DNA from: Planctomycetota bacterium
GTDB taxonomy: Bacteria; Planctomycetota; GCA-002687715; DRQF01
Length of the DNA stretch: 32,877 nucleotides
Direction of reading: 5' to 3'
Assembly: GCA_036479435.1 (NCBI GenBank)
Contig: JAZGFI010000053.1
Location: 1-32,877 of the forward strand
Under the pieces are notes generated by a model. That model was not told where the DNA came from. It searched no databases and saw only the letters and a list, made by a program, of their open reading frames with translations. A program made the translations under genes and the position numbers. Every line of letters starts with the position of its first letter. Position 1 is the stretch's first letter. This document shows, piece after piece, positions 11,748 to 19,662 of this stretch.

Positions 11748-12512
11748 ATGCACCACGAAACTTCAGACCCCCGATTCGAGCGACACCAGGCCAGTTTTCA
11801 AGTTGAGCCGGCCTGGTACCTCGAAGACAATCTTGTCGATTCTCCCCACACGGACCCCGGTCCCCGGGAGCCGCGTCCTCTCCTTTTGGCTCTACACGGC
11901 ATGGGCCAGGACGCTCTACGGTTCCACAGCGACCTCCACGGGCAGCTCGACGAGCGCTTCATCGTGGTCTACCCGGACGGCCCCCTCCCCCTTGAAATCA
12001 ACGAGGACGGCGGCACGCGCCGCGAAGGGCACGCCTGGTACATCTATACCGGCGACCAAGAGCGCTTCTTGGCTTCGGCGATCCGCAGTGAGGCCTATCT
12101 GCACGATCTCATCCACCAGGTCATGGCGATGCGATCGGTGGACCCGCGGCGGGTCTACTTGGCCGGTTACTCCCAAGGGGGCTACTTGGCGGGGATCATG
12201 GCCCTGCGGCGGCCGGACCTCTTCGCTGGCGTGGCGACGATCAACTCGCGCGTCAAAAATGAGATCCCACCGGACCGCAAGAGCGGCGACGCCAAGCTAC
12301 CCCTGCTGGTTCTCCACGGCGAAAAAGACCGCTTTATTCCGGTAGAAGTCGCGGAGGAATCCGCGAACCGCCTCCGGGATCGTGATTTCCCGGTGACTTT
12401 TAAGCGCTACAGCTCGGGACACCGCTTCACCGAAGAGCAGATAAAAGACCTCGCCACATGGCTCGACACCATCGACCGCGCAACGGACTTGGACTTGTCT
12501 CAAACGACATGA
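11748..12512 (+). CDS. Alpha/beta hydrolase (phospholipase/carboxylesterase family)
   Basis: LALHGMG, nucleophile elbow GYSQG, LHGEKD, and GH (catalytic His). Confidence 0.85.
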   Translation: MHHETSDPRFERHQASFQVEPAWYLEDNLVDSPHTDPGPREPRPLLLALHGMGQDALRFHSDLHGQLDERFIVVYPDGPLPLEINEDGGTRREGHAWYIYTGDQERFLASAIRSEAYLHDLIHQVMAMRSVDPRRVYLAGYSQGGYLAGIMALRRPDLFAGVATINSRVKNEIPPDRKSGDAKLPLLVLHGEKDRFIPVEVAEESANRLRDRDFPVTFKRYSSGHRFTEEQIKDLATWLDTIDRATDLDLSQTT

Positions 12513-13708
12513 GATTGGCTGTTTTCGTTTTTATAGGATGGGTCACGGCGGCGGTGCCCTTCGTGGTGGCCGCGACGCCTCACGACCCGCCCCCGGTGTT
12601 CCCGGAGATGTTCCTCGAAGAAGATCATCTTTCCTACCGCATCTTAATGTGGTCTCAGATCTACCGCGCCACCTACGGCTTCGAGCATCTCGACATCGAA
12701 GCGAACGCCGTAAAGGAAGCGAAGCTCCGCGAGAAAGTGCTCTGCGATTGGGTCGATTCACACGCTCCGGTTTGGATCGATGGCGTGAGGGTGCGCCCAA
12801 CCCTCGAGAAGCTCACGACGCACTTCAATGACCTGCAAAACGTCACCATGTATTTTCGCTACTCGACCCCGACGCCACCGAAGCGGGTCCGCTATCGCTG
12901 GACCGATTTCTTATTCGAAGACGACCTGAGCTTGCCAGAGATCAGGAGTTTCTTCACTTATCCCGAAGACATGTTGATCAACACTTTCACGGCCGAAGAA
13001 AAAGAGTTCACCTGGCACCGACCGGCACCAACCATCCCTGTTCTGCCGCTCGATGTCATCGGCGATAGGCTCATGCCTCCCACACCGCTAACGATTCCGA
13101 TCCCGGTGGGTTCAGCCGCTATCGTGCTCTTGGCCGCTTTAGCGATGATTCTTGGCGGGCCACTCAAGTGGAGTTTGCGCACACGCCTCATGGTTCTCGC
13201 AGCAGGAATCGCTCTGGCTTACGCCGCGAAAAACATCGCGATATGGGAAGTTGAGTCGGGGACGGCGACAAAGGACCACTTGATCTCAGAAAACGACGCC
13301 AAAGAACTCTTCCGATCGCTCCACGCGAACGTCTACCGCGCTTTCGACTACGACACGGAAAGCGCGGTCTACGACACCCTAGCCGAAAGTGTCAGCAAAG
13401 ACCTCCTCGACCGCCTCTACAACGAGATCTACCGCAGCCTCATCATGCGCGAAGCGGGCGGTGCCGTCGCCTCGGTCAAGGCCGTCAAGATCTTCGACGC
13501 CGCGATAAATCTGCCCAGCGATACTTCCGAGCACCGCTTCGAGGTCAACTGCGACTGGCAGGTAAAAGGTGTGGTCGAGCACCAAGGGCACAAACATCTC
13601 AGAACTCAGCGCTACCGGGCGCGTTATCAGGTTGCGAGACGAGACGGGAAATGGCGTCTTTCCGACGTCGAAATCCTCTCGCAAGAACGCATCGACGACG
13701 ATCAGTAA
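12509..13708 (+). CDS. Hypothetical exported/membrane protein with C-terminal His cluster
   Basis: ATGA overlap with the hydrolase stop; hydrophobic N-terminus; two central TM helices; C-terminal WQVKGVVEHQGHKHLR...GKWRL. Confidence 0.7.
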   Translation: MRLAVFVFIGWVTAAVPFVVAATPHDPPPVFPEMFLEEDHLSYRILMWSQIYRATYGFEHLDIEANAVKEAKLREKVLCDWVDSHAPVWIDGVRVRPTLEKLTTHFNDLQNVTMYFRYSTPTPPKRVRYRWTDFLFEDDLSLPEIRSFFTYPEDMLINTFTAEEKEFTWHRPAPTIPVLPLDVIGDRLMPPTPLTIPIPVGSAAIVLLAALAMILGGPLKWSLRTRLMVLAAGIALAYAAKNIAIWEVESGTATKDHLISENDAKELFRSLHANVYRAFDYDTESAVYDTLAESVSKDLLDRLYNEIYRSLIMREAGGAVASVKAVKIFDAAINLPSDTSEHRFEVNCDWQVKGVVEHQGHKHLRTQRYRARYQVARRDGKWRLSDVEILSQERIDDDQ

Positions 13709-13727
13709 AACCAAAGGAACGACCGCC

Positions 13728-14705
13728 ATGAAGGGCATCCAACTCTCTACTTTCAAGCCAACCTCTTTGGTCGCGATCCTCGCCATCACCTTGGCGGCAA
13801 TGGCGGCCTGCGGCGACGAACCAAAATCCGGCAGCAGCAATAAGCAAACCCTCGACCGCTTAGTCGTCGCGACGACCTTTTATCCGACGACCTACTTTGC
13901 CGAGCGCATCTTGGGCGACCTCGGTGAAGTAAAGTGCCCGGTCCCCGCCGACGCCGACCCGATATTTTGGAAACCGCGCGACGAAGACATCGCGACTTTT
14001 GTCGCGGCCGACCTCATCATCTTGAACGGTGCCGAATTCGAAAAATGGGTCGCAAGCGCCAGCCTGCCCGAATCAAGAGTCGTCAACTCAGCCCAAGAAC
14101 TCGAATCGGAGTTCCTTAACTTTGAAAGCGGGGCCACGACCCACAGCCACGGCCCCCAAGGCGAGCACAGCCACGAGGGCTTGGACGGCCACACCTGGCT
14201 CGACCCCCTAAACGCCAAGCGGCAGGCGCAGGCCATCACTAAGGCCATGGTTCGCCTCTTGCCGCAGAACAAGGCCACCCTCGAAGCCAACGCCCGCGCT
14301 CTCAACCAAGACCTCGACACCCTCGACAAAAACCTGCGCAACCTCGTCGCCGAAATCGACAAGTTACCCGCAATCTTCGCGTCGCATCCCGCCTACAACT
14401 ACCTCGCCAAGCGCTACAAGTTGCCGATCATCAACCTCGACCTGGACCCCGAGTCCATCCCCTCTGATTCCGCGATCCAATCCATCGCCCAAAAAGCCAA
14501 ATCCCAATCCATCCGCGCCATCATCTGGGAATCGCAACCAACACCCGAAGTCGCCGCCGCCTTCAAAAAGCGCTGCGGCCTCACCAGCTTCGTCGTCTCC
14601 CCCGCCGAAACCCTCGACGCCAACTCTCGCGCCTCCGGCACCCACTACCTCAGCATCATGAACCAAAACCTAAGAGCCCTCGGCGAAGCCTTCGCCACCC
14701 AATAA
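13728..14705 (+). CDS. Metal ABC substrate-binding lipoprotein (ZnuA/TroA/PsaA family)
   Basis: AAAGGA RBS; lipobox MAAC; VVATTFYP, ADLIILNG.EFE.W, His loop HSHGPQGEHSH, DGHTWLDP, SHPAYNYLA, YLSIMNQNL. Confidence 0.88.
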   Translation: MKGIQLSTFKPTSLVAILAITLAAMAACGDEPKSGSSNKQTLDRLVVATTFYPTTYFAERILGDLGEVKCPVPADADPIFWKPRDEDIATFVAADLIILNGAEFEKWVASASLPESRVVNSAQELESEFLNFESGATTHSHGPQGEHSHEGLDGHTWLDPLNAKRQAQAITKAMVRLLPQNKATLEANARALNQDLDTLDKNLRNLVAEIDKLPAIFASHPAYNYLAKRYKLPIINLDLDPESIPSDSAIQSIAQKAKSQSIRAIIWESQPTPEVAAAFKKRCGLTSFVVSPAETLDANSRASGTHYLSIMNQNLRALGEAFATQ

Positions 14706-14736
14706 CCCACCCAAATACGCCAAACCCTCAACTTTC

Positions 14737-14822
14737 GCGTCAGACGTTTTTCACTACCCTTTACTTAGTACTGCAGGCCCTAATGTTGAGCAGGGGAAAG
14801 GGTAGTGAAAAGCGTCTGACGC
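14737..14822. repeat. 86-bp element with 26-bp inverted repeats (REP/MITE-like or large terminator hairpin)
   Basis: GCGTCAGACGTTTTTCACTACCCTTT (14737-14762) matches the reverse complement of AAAGGGTAGTGAAAAGCGTCTGACGC (14797-14822) at 25/26 positions, with a 34-nt spacer. Confidence 0.8.
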
Positions 14823-15748
14823 TAGTCTTGCGGGTTTTCTTTTTCTTTGGTTTGGGGGCGGCGGGGGTGGGAGTTGAAGAAGTTCCAGATGAGTTTGGTG
14901 GCGGCGAGGGAGTGGGAGCGTTGGCGGGGCCAGCTGTGGTCGCCATTTTTGATGCTGTAGAGTTTGACTTCGACGCCGTTTTTGCCTTTGGTCCAGGTGT
15001 CGATGTGGACTTTGCCTTTGGCGTGGTCTTGGCGCTTTGATTTTTTGCAACCGTTGTGCTTGGCGATGAAGGCGGCGGATTCCATGGCGGAGGTTAGGCC
15101 CTTGTACTTAGCTTTTTTTCCGTTCGCTTGGTCGTAGGCGACGACCTTATCGGCGATGCCGTGGATGGAGATGACTGAGATGGGGACCTTGGGAACGGTC
15201 TTGCCGATTCTGAGGCCCGCGACCGGGCCAATCGCAGCGACTCGATCTGAGTGCGTGGTGGCAAAAGAGTAGCTCATGAAACCACCGCTGCTGTGGCCCG
15301 ACATGTACACGCGGTTTTTGTCGACAGCGAGCTCTTTCGACAAGGCGTCGATCAAAGCCGCGAGGAATTTGGAGTCTTCGGTCGCTTGGCCCCGCCAGCC
15401 ACTTTTCCAAGTCGTGGGCGACCCCAAGGCGCTGGGGAAGGCGACGATGAAACGCTCTTGGTCGGCGAGCTTTTTCCAACCGTAGTAGCGACTGGCGGCG
15501 ATCCGAGCGTTGCCGCCACGGCCGTGGAGCATGAGCACCAACGACAGCGGCTTTTTTGAATTCTTCTTGTAGCCACGGGGGACGTGAAGGATGTACTGGC
15601 GCTTGGTCTTTCCTATCGCCAAAGTACGCTCGTGAGTGCCGGCTTTCTGAGCTGATAGACTCGGTGCCGTCGCGCCCAACAAGAGCCCAGCAACGACGAC
15701 CAAGACTGCTGGCCAAAAGCGAAGCGTCAACCCGGAAAAATGCGACAT
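14822..15748 (-). CDS. Secreted esterase, PHB-depolymerase/LpqP-like alpha/beta hydrolase
   Basis: Signal peptide (…LSAQ), YILHVP, LMLHGRGG, VYMSGHSSGG, IHGIAD, GDHSWP. GAGGAGG RBS upstream. Confidence 0.82.
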   Translation of the reverse strand: MSHFSGLTLRFWPAVLVVVAGLLLGATAPSLSAQKAGTHERTLAIGKTKRQYILHVPRGYKKNSKKPLSLVLMLHGRGGNARIAASRYYGWKKLADQERFIVAFPSALGSPTTWKSGWRGQATEDSKFLAALIDALSKELAVDKNRVYMSGHSSGGFMSYSFATTHSDRVAAIGPVAGLRIGKTVPKVPISVISIHGIADKVVAYDQANGKKAKYKGLTSAMESAAFIAKHNGCKKSKRQDHAKGKVHIDTWTKGKNGVEVKLYSIKNGDHSWPRQRSHSLAATKLIWNFFNSHPRRPQTKEKENPQD

Positions 15749-15797
15749 GAAAGGTCCTCCTCAGGCTCGAAAACACGAGGAAAGCTGACGCGTTCCT

Positions 15798-16982
15798 CTA
15801 AATAACGCCGTGTTTTTTACCCACCGCCACGAAAGCCGCTACGGCGCGACCTAGTTGAATATCGTCGTGACCGGCGCTGATCTGAACCCGAATACGGGCA
15901 GCACCCTTGGGAACGACCGGAAAACTAAAGCCGATGACGTAGATTCCCTCGAGCAGCAGGTCGCTCGCCATGTCTTGAGCGAGCTTGGCGTCGCCCAGCA
16001 TGATCGGGACGATGGGATGCACCCCGGGACGGATGGCGAATCCGGCGGCCGTCATCGCCTCACGGAAACGCATTGTGTTGGCTTCGAGGCGATCGCGAAG
16101 TTCGGTGGTTTCCGACAGCATCTTGAGGCACTCTAGACCCGCACAGACCAAGGCTGGAGCCAGCGTGTTCGAGAATAGGTAGGGCCGTGAACGTTGGCGC
16201 AAGAGCTCAATGATCTCGGCCTTGCCCGTCGTGTAACCGCCGCTGGCTCCGCCGAGAGCCTTGCCCAAAGTTGAGGTGATGAGATCGATGCGGCCTTCGA
16301 CGCCGCAGTGCTCGGGCGTGCCGCGGCCGGTCTTGCCGAAAAACCCGGTGGAATGGCATTCGTCGACGTGCACGAGGGCGTCGTACTTTTCGGCAAGGTC
16401 ACAGATCTCGGCGAGTTTGGCGATGTCGCCATCCATCGAAAAGACGCCGTCGCTAGTGATGATGCGAGTGCGCGCGCCAGCAGACTCCTTCAAACAGTTT
16501 TCGAGTTCCGTCATATCAGCGTGGGCGAAGCGGAAACGCTGGGCCTTGCAGAGACGGACCCCGTCGATGATGGAGGCATGATTCAAGGAATCAGAAATGA
16601 TCGCGTCTTCTTTGCCCAAAAAGGGCTCGAAGAGGCCACCGTTGGCGTCAAAGCAAGCAGCGTAAAGGATCGTATCCTCGGTCCCGTGAAACTCAGCGAT
16701 CGCGCTTTCGAGCTCCTTGTGAATCGTCTGGGTACCGCAGATAAATCGCACACTGGAAAGGCCTAGACCCCAAGCCTCAAGACCATCTTGCGCGGCCTTG
16801 ATCAACCGGGGGTTGTCGGCGAGGCCAAGGTAATTATTCGCACAGAAGTTCAGCACTTCTACCCCACCGACCTCGATGCGCGCGCTCTGCTTGCTGTTGA
16901 TGACCCGTTCGTCTTTTGAAAGGCCCGCTTGTCTGATCGCGGCGATTTCGCCCTGTAGTCGTTTTTGGACTTCGCCGTACAT
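15798..16982 (-). CDS. kbl: Glycine C-acetyltransferase (2-amino-3-ketobutyrate CoA ligase)
   Basis: [48 protein letters not shown] (PLP Lys), [16 protein letters not shown]. Confidence 0.96.
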   Translation of the reverse strand: MYGEVQKRLQGEIAAIRQAGLSKDERVINSKQSARIEVGGVEVLNFCANNYLGLADNPRLIKAAQDGLEAWGLGLSSVRFICGTQTIHKELESAIAEFHGTEDTILYAACFDANGGLFEPFLGKEDAIISDSLNHASIIDGVRLCKAQRFRFAHADMTELENCLKESAGARTRIITSDGVFSMDGDIAKLAEICDLAEKYDALVHVDECHSTGFFGKTGRGTPEHCGVEGRIDLITSTLGKALGGASGGYTTGKAEIIELLRQRSRPYLFSNTLAPALVCAGLECLKMLSETTELRDRLEANTMRFREAMTAAGFAIRPGVHPIVPIMLGDAKLAQDMASDLLLEGIYVIGFSFPVVPKGAARIRVQISAGHDDIQLGRAVAAFVAVGKKHGVI

Positions 16983-17045
16983 CGTCTCTCCTAATTCTTC
17001 GTTAGTGATAGTGGGCGCGCACTCCGCCCAGATTGGTGTTTGGAG

Positions 17046-18068
17046 CTACTTGCCGTAACGCTTTCGAATGTTCGGCAGCAGGTACTCCTTCATCGTGCGC
17101 TCCAAGTCGAAACGGGGAGCAAATCCCCAGTCTCGGCGCGCCGCCGAGTCCTCAACGTCCAGGGGCCAACTATCGACGATGGCCTGCCGTTTTTCGTCGG
17201 GCTCGAAACGAATGTCCGCGCCGGGGAAGGCCTCGCGAATCAACTCGGCGAAATCGCCCGCACTCGGATTGAAAGCCCCGATATTGTAGACCGTCCGCGT
17301 CATGGCGTCGGTATCCGCCGCGGCAAGCCGCAACATCCCGTCGACGGCATCGGGCATCGCCATGAAGGGGATCTGGGTATCCTCACGCACAAAGCAAGCG
17401 TAGGGTTCGCCCTTGGCCGCGGCGTGCAGCATCTCCGGGATGTAGTCGCTCGTACCGCCGCTCGGAACCGTAAAAGCCGAGATCAATCCGGGGAATCGAA
17501 TCGCACGAAAATCGACCCCCTGCTTGACCGGCTCTGCGGCCAGCTGCCGATAGTGATTGGAGTAATAGCGTCCAAGATGTTCGCAGTAGAGTTTATTGCA
17601 GCCGTACATCGTCGTCGGCAGCGTCCAATCGCGCTCTTTCACGCGACCCGCGCGGGCCTTCGTTTCAAGGTCGGGTAGACCATAGGCGGCAATCGAACTC
17701 GGAAAAACGAACTTCACGCGCGCGCCGTGCCAGCGCGATTGTTCAACCGCGAGTTCGAGCAGATTCAAAGTGCCCTCGACGTTGACCGCATGTGCGGTGC
17801 TGGGCGTAAACTCCGCCCGCGTCGACAGCAAGGCCGCAAGGTGCAAGATCGCGTGAATCTCGAACTCGCTGACCAGGCGCCCGAGGAGCTTTTTGTCGAG
17901 CACATCGCCAACAATCGTGTGAGCACACTTGGGAGCCAAACGCGAGTCGATGTCGTTGAGATCCAAAGCGAGAACGTCGTAACGCCCCTCGTCCGCCAGG
18001 GCGTGGATGAGGCCGTGACCGACTTCGCCATTGGCTCCGGTAATGAGTACCACGGGTTTTCGGCTCAA
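17046..18068 (-). CDS. SDR/epimerase-family enzyme, probable L-threonine 3-dehydrogenase
   Basis: GANGEVG Rossmann motif, HLAALLS, PSSIAAYG, MYGCNK, IRFPGLIS, GGTSDY, IVDSWP; lies directly upstream of kbl. TTG start at 18068 follows AGGAG. Confidence 0.82.
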   Translation of the reverse strand: MSRKPVVLITGANGEVGHGLIHALADEGRYDVLALDLNDIDSRLAPKCAHTIVGDVLDKKLLGRLVSEFEIHAILHLAALLSTRAEFTPSTAHAVNVEGTLNLLELAVEQSRWHGARVKFVFPSSIAAYGLPDLETKARAGRVKERDWTLPTTMYGCNKLYCEHLGRYYSNHYRQLAAEPVKQGVDFRAIRFPGLISAFTVPSGGTSDYIPEMLHAAAKGEPYACFVREDTQIPFMAMPDAVDGMLRLAAADTDAMTRTVYNIGAFNPSAGDFAELIREAFPGADIRFEPDEKRQAIVDSWPLDVEDSAARRDWGFAPRFDLERTMKEYLLPNIRKRYGK

Positions 18069-18158
18069 GGCGCAGCTCCTAGGTGGCGGTCTGAAACAGG
18101 GAGTCGCCAACTTTAGCTTCGGGTTGTCAGAATGCCCAGAGCTGAGAACTGGGGCGGT

Positions 18159-19541
18159 TCAGGGGCTTTCCTCGCTGGGCTCTGCTGGCTTTTCTCCGGC
18201 TGGCGAGACTGGCGAGACTGGAGATGCGGCATCCGGCATCGGCATGGAGACGGGTGATGAGCTTGGGGTTGGCTCCACCGCCGCCGACGAGGTGGCCGAA
18301 GCCGCGGCATAGGCCGCACGGATGCTCTCCAAGGCCGCCGTCGCTGCGGGTTTATCGAGAGCCTTCCACCGCCCGCGGACTTTTCGGGTTTCGAGGCCTT
18401 TTTTGCCAACCTGCAGGCTGGTGATATGCCGTCCATCCTCGGGCGAAAAAACGTGGGTACGACCCTTGGCTCCGAGAACGATCCAGGTCTTTTCTTTTAG
18501 GTCCTCATAAAGCCGGTCGAATCGAACCGAAACCAGATCAGCCTGCGCCATCCCTGTAGGCCGGTCTTGCTGTTCCGCACGCCCTCTTGCGTGATCAGTG
18601 CGCCATTGCTCGCGGCGATCGTGCCGCTTCAAACCCGATGCCATGTCGGCCAATAGTTGCGTCGCGGCCTCGGCGGCGGCCTTTAGACGAAGGCCTGGAT
18701 CCAGTCGTTTCAATTCCTGATTGATCGCCGCCAAACTCCAGTCGGCGCGGCGCAACAATTCGATGAAGCCGTAGGGCTCGTCGGAACCTAAGAGCGTTTC
18801 GGCTCCTCTGCCATCAGGCAAGATGCCTATCGTGTTCAGGCCAAGGCGCACCACTTTCGAGCGCGTCGAAGACCGAATGATCTGAATCGTGACCGCAAAC
18901 TTGCCCTCGTTGTCCGCGCCGTTCTGCCGAAAGTAGCCGATCAGAATCTGCCCCCGGATGTCGTAAACGCGATCGCGCTTCGCAAAAATCGGCATGCGGT
19001 TCGAGACCAAGTCCTCCCGGTCGACGGCGAGGATGACCGAGCGCGGGCGCTCCGAAGACAGAATCTCAAATTCCGGCCGGCCTTGGTCTAGAGCCCAGGC
19101 AAGCAGAGGCTGCCACTGCGGAATCCCCGTTTCGCTATAGCCACAAAAAATCTCCCGCGGGCCGTGGGGGCGGCAAGCTTCGGTGTCGGCCCGATCTTCA
19201 AAAAAGGAATAAACCGCCCCGGGGCGAAAAGCCGCGTGAGCCAAGATCGCATCGTCGAGGTGCTGGTCGAGGGAGGATAGGGCGGTTTTGGCCCGAGCCT
19301 TGATCGATTTGTTGTGCCCACTGAAATCGATGGGCAAGGAAAGGTCGAGCTCAGGCAGCGAGCGGACGACATCACGGGCGTGGGGCTTGCTGAGGAAAAC
19401 TTTGCGGCCAATTTCGCCCAAGCGAGCCAATACCTCCTCAAGCTCCCCTTGCTGGGGGTGCTCGGGCTCCTGGCGTTTTTTCTTGGGCTTCCGACGTCTG
19501 GGGCTGGACGGCGTCGGGGGCGAGGGGGATCGTTCGGTCAT
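18159..19541 (-). CDS. Hypothetical protein with basic N-terminus and low-complexity C-tail
   Basis: Long ORF filling the gap between the dehydrogenase and valS; no family confidently recognised. Start could also be 19574. Confidence 0.7.
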   Translation of the reverse strand: MTERSPSPPTPSSPRRRKPKKKRQEPEHPQQGELEEVLARLGEIGRKVFLSKPHARDVVRSLPELDLSLPIDFSGHNKSIKARAKTALSSLDQHLDDAILAHAAFRPGAVYSFFEDRADTEACRPHGPREIFCGYSETGIPQWQPLLAWALDQGRPEFEILSSERPRSVILAVDREDLVSNRMPIFAKRDRVYDIRGQILIGYFRQNGADNEGKFAVTIQIIRSSTRSKVVRLGLNTIGILPDGRGAETLLGSDEPYGFIELLRRADWSLAAINQELKRLDPGLRLKAAAEAATQLLADMASGLKRHDRREQWRTDHARGRAEQQDRPTGMAQADLVSVRFDRLYEDLKEKTWIVLGAKGRTHVFSPEDGRHITSLQVGKKGLETRKVRGRWKALDKPAATAALESIRAAYAAASATSSAAVEPTPSSSPVSMPMPDAASPVSPVSPAGEKPAEPSEESP

Positions 19542-19662
19542 AGCCAAAGCATAGCTCTTGGAGGCCCCGATCACTCACTGATATGATCCCAACCTAATTC
19601 GGGCCCGAGAGTGGGCTCGGATCGACAAGATCTGCGGTTTGCCAAACGAAAGATGCCACCCG

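Noticed and set aside
18199..18222. Short 9-bp tandem repeat CTGGCGAGA
   Set aside because: It encodes SPVSPVSP in a low-complexity protein tail and is not a CRISPR array or independent element.
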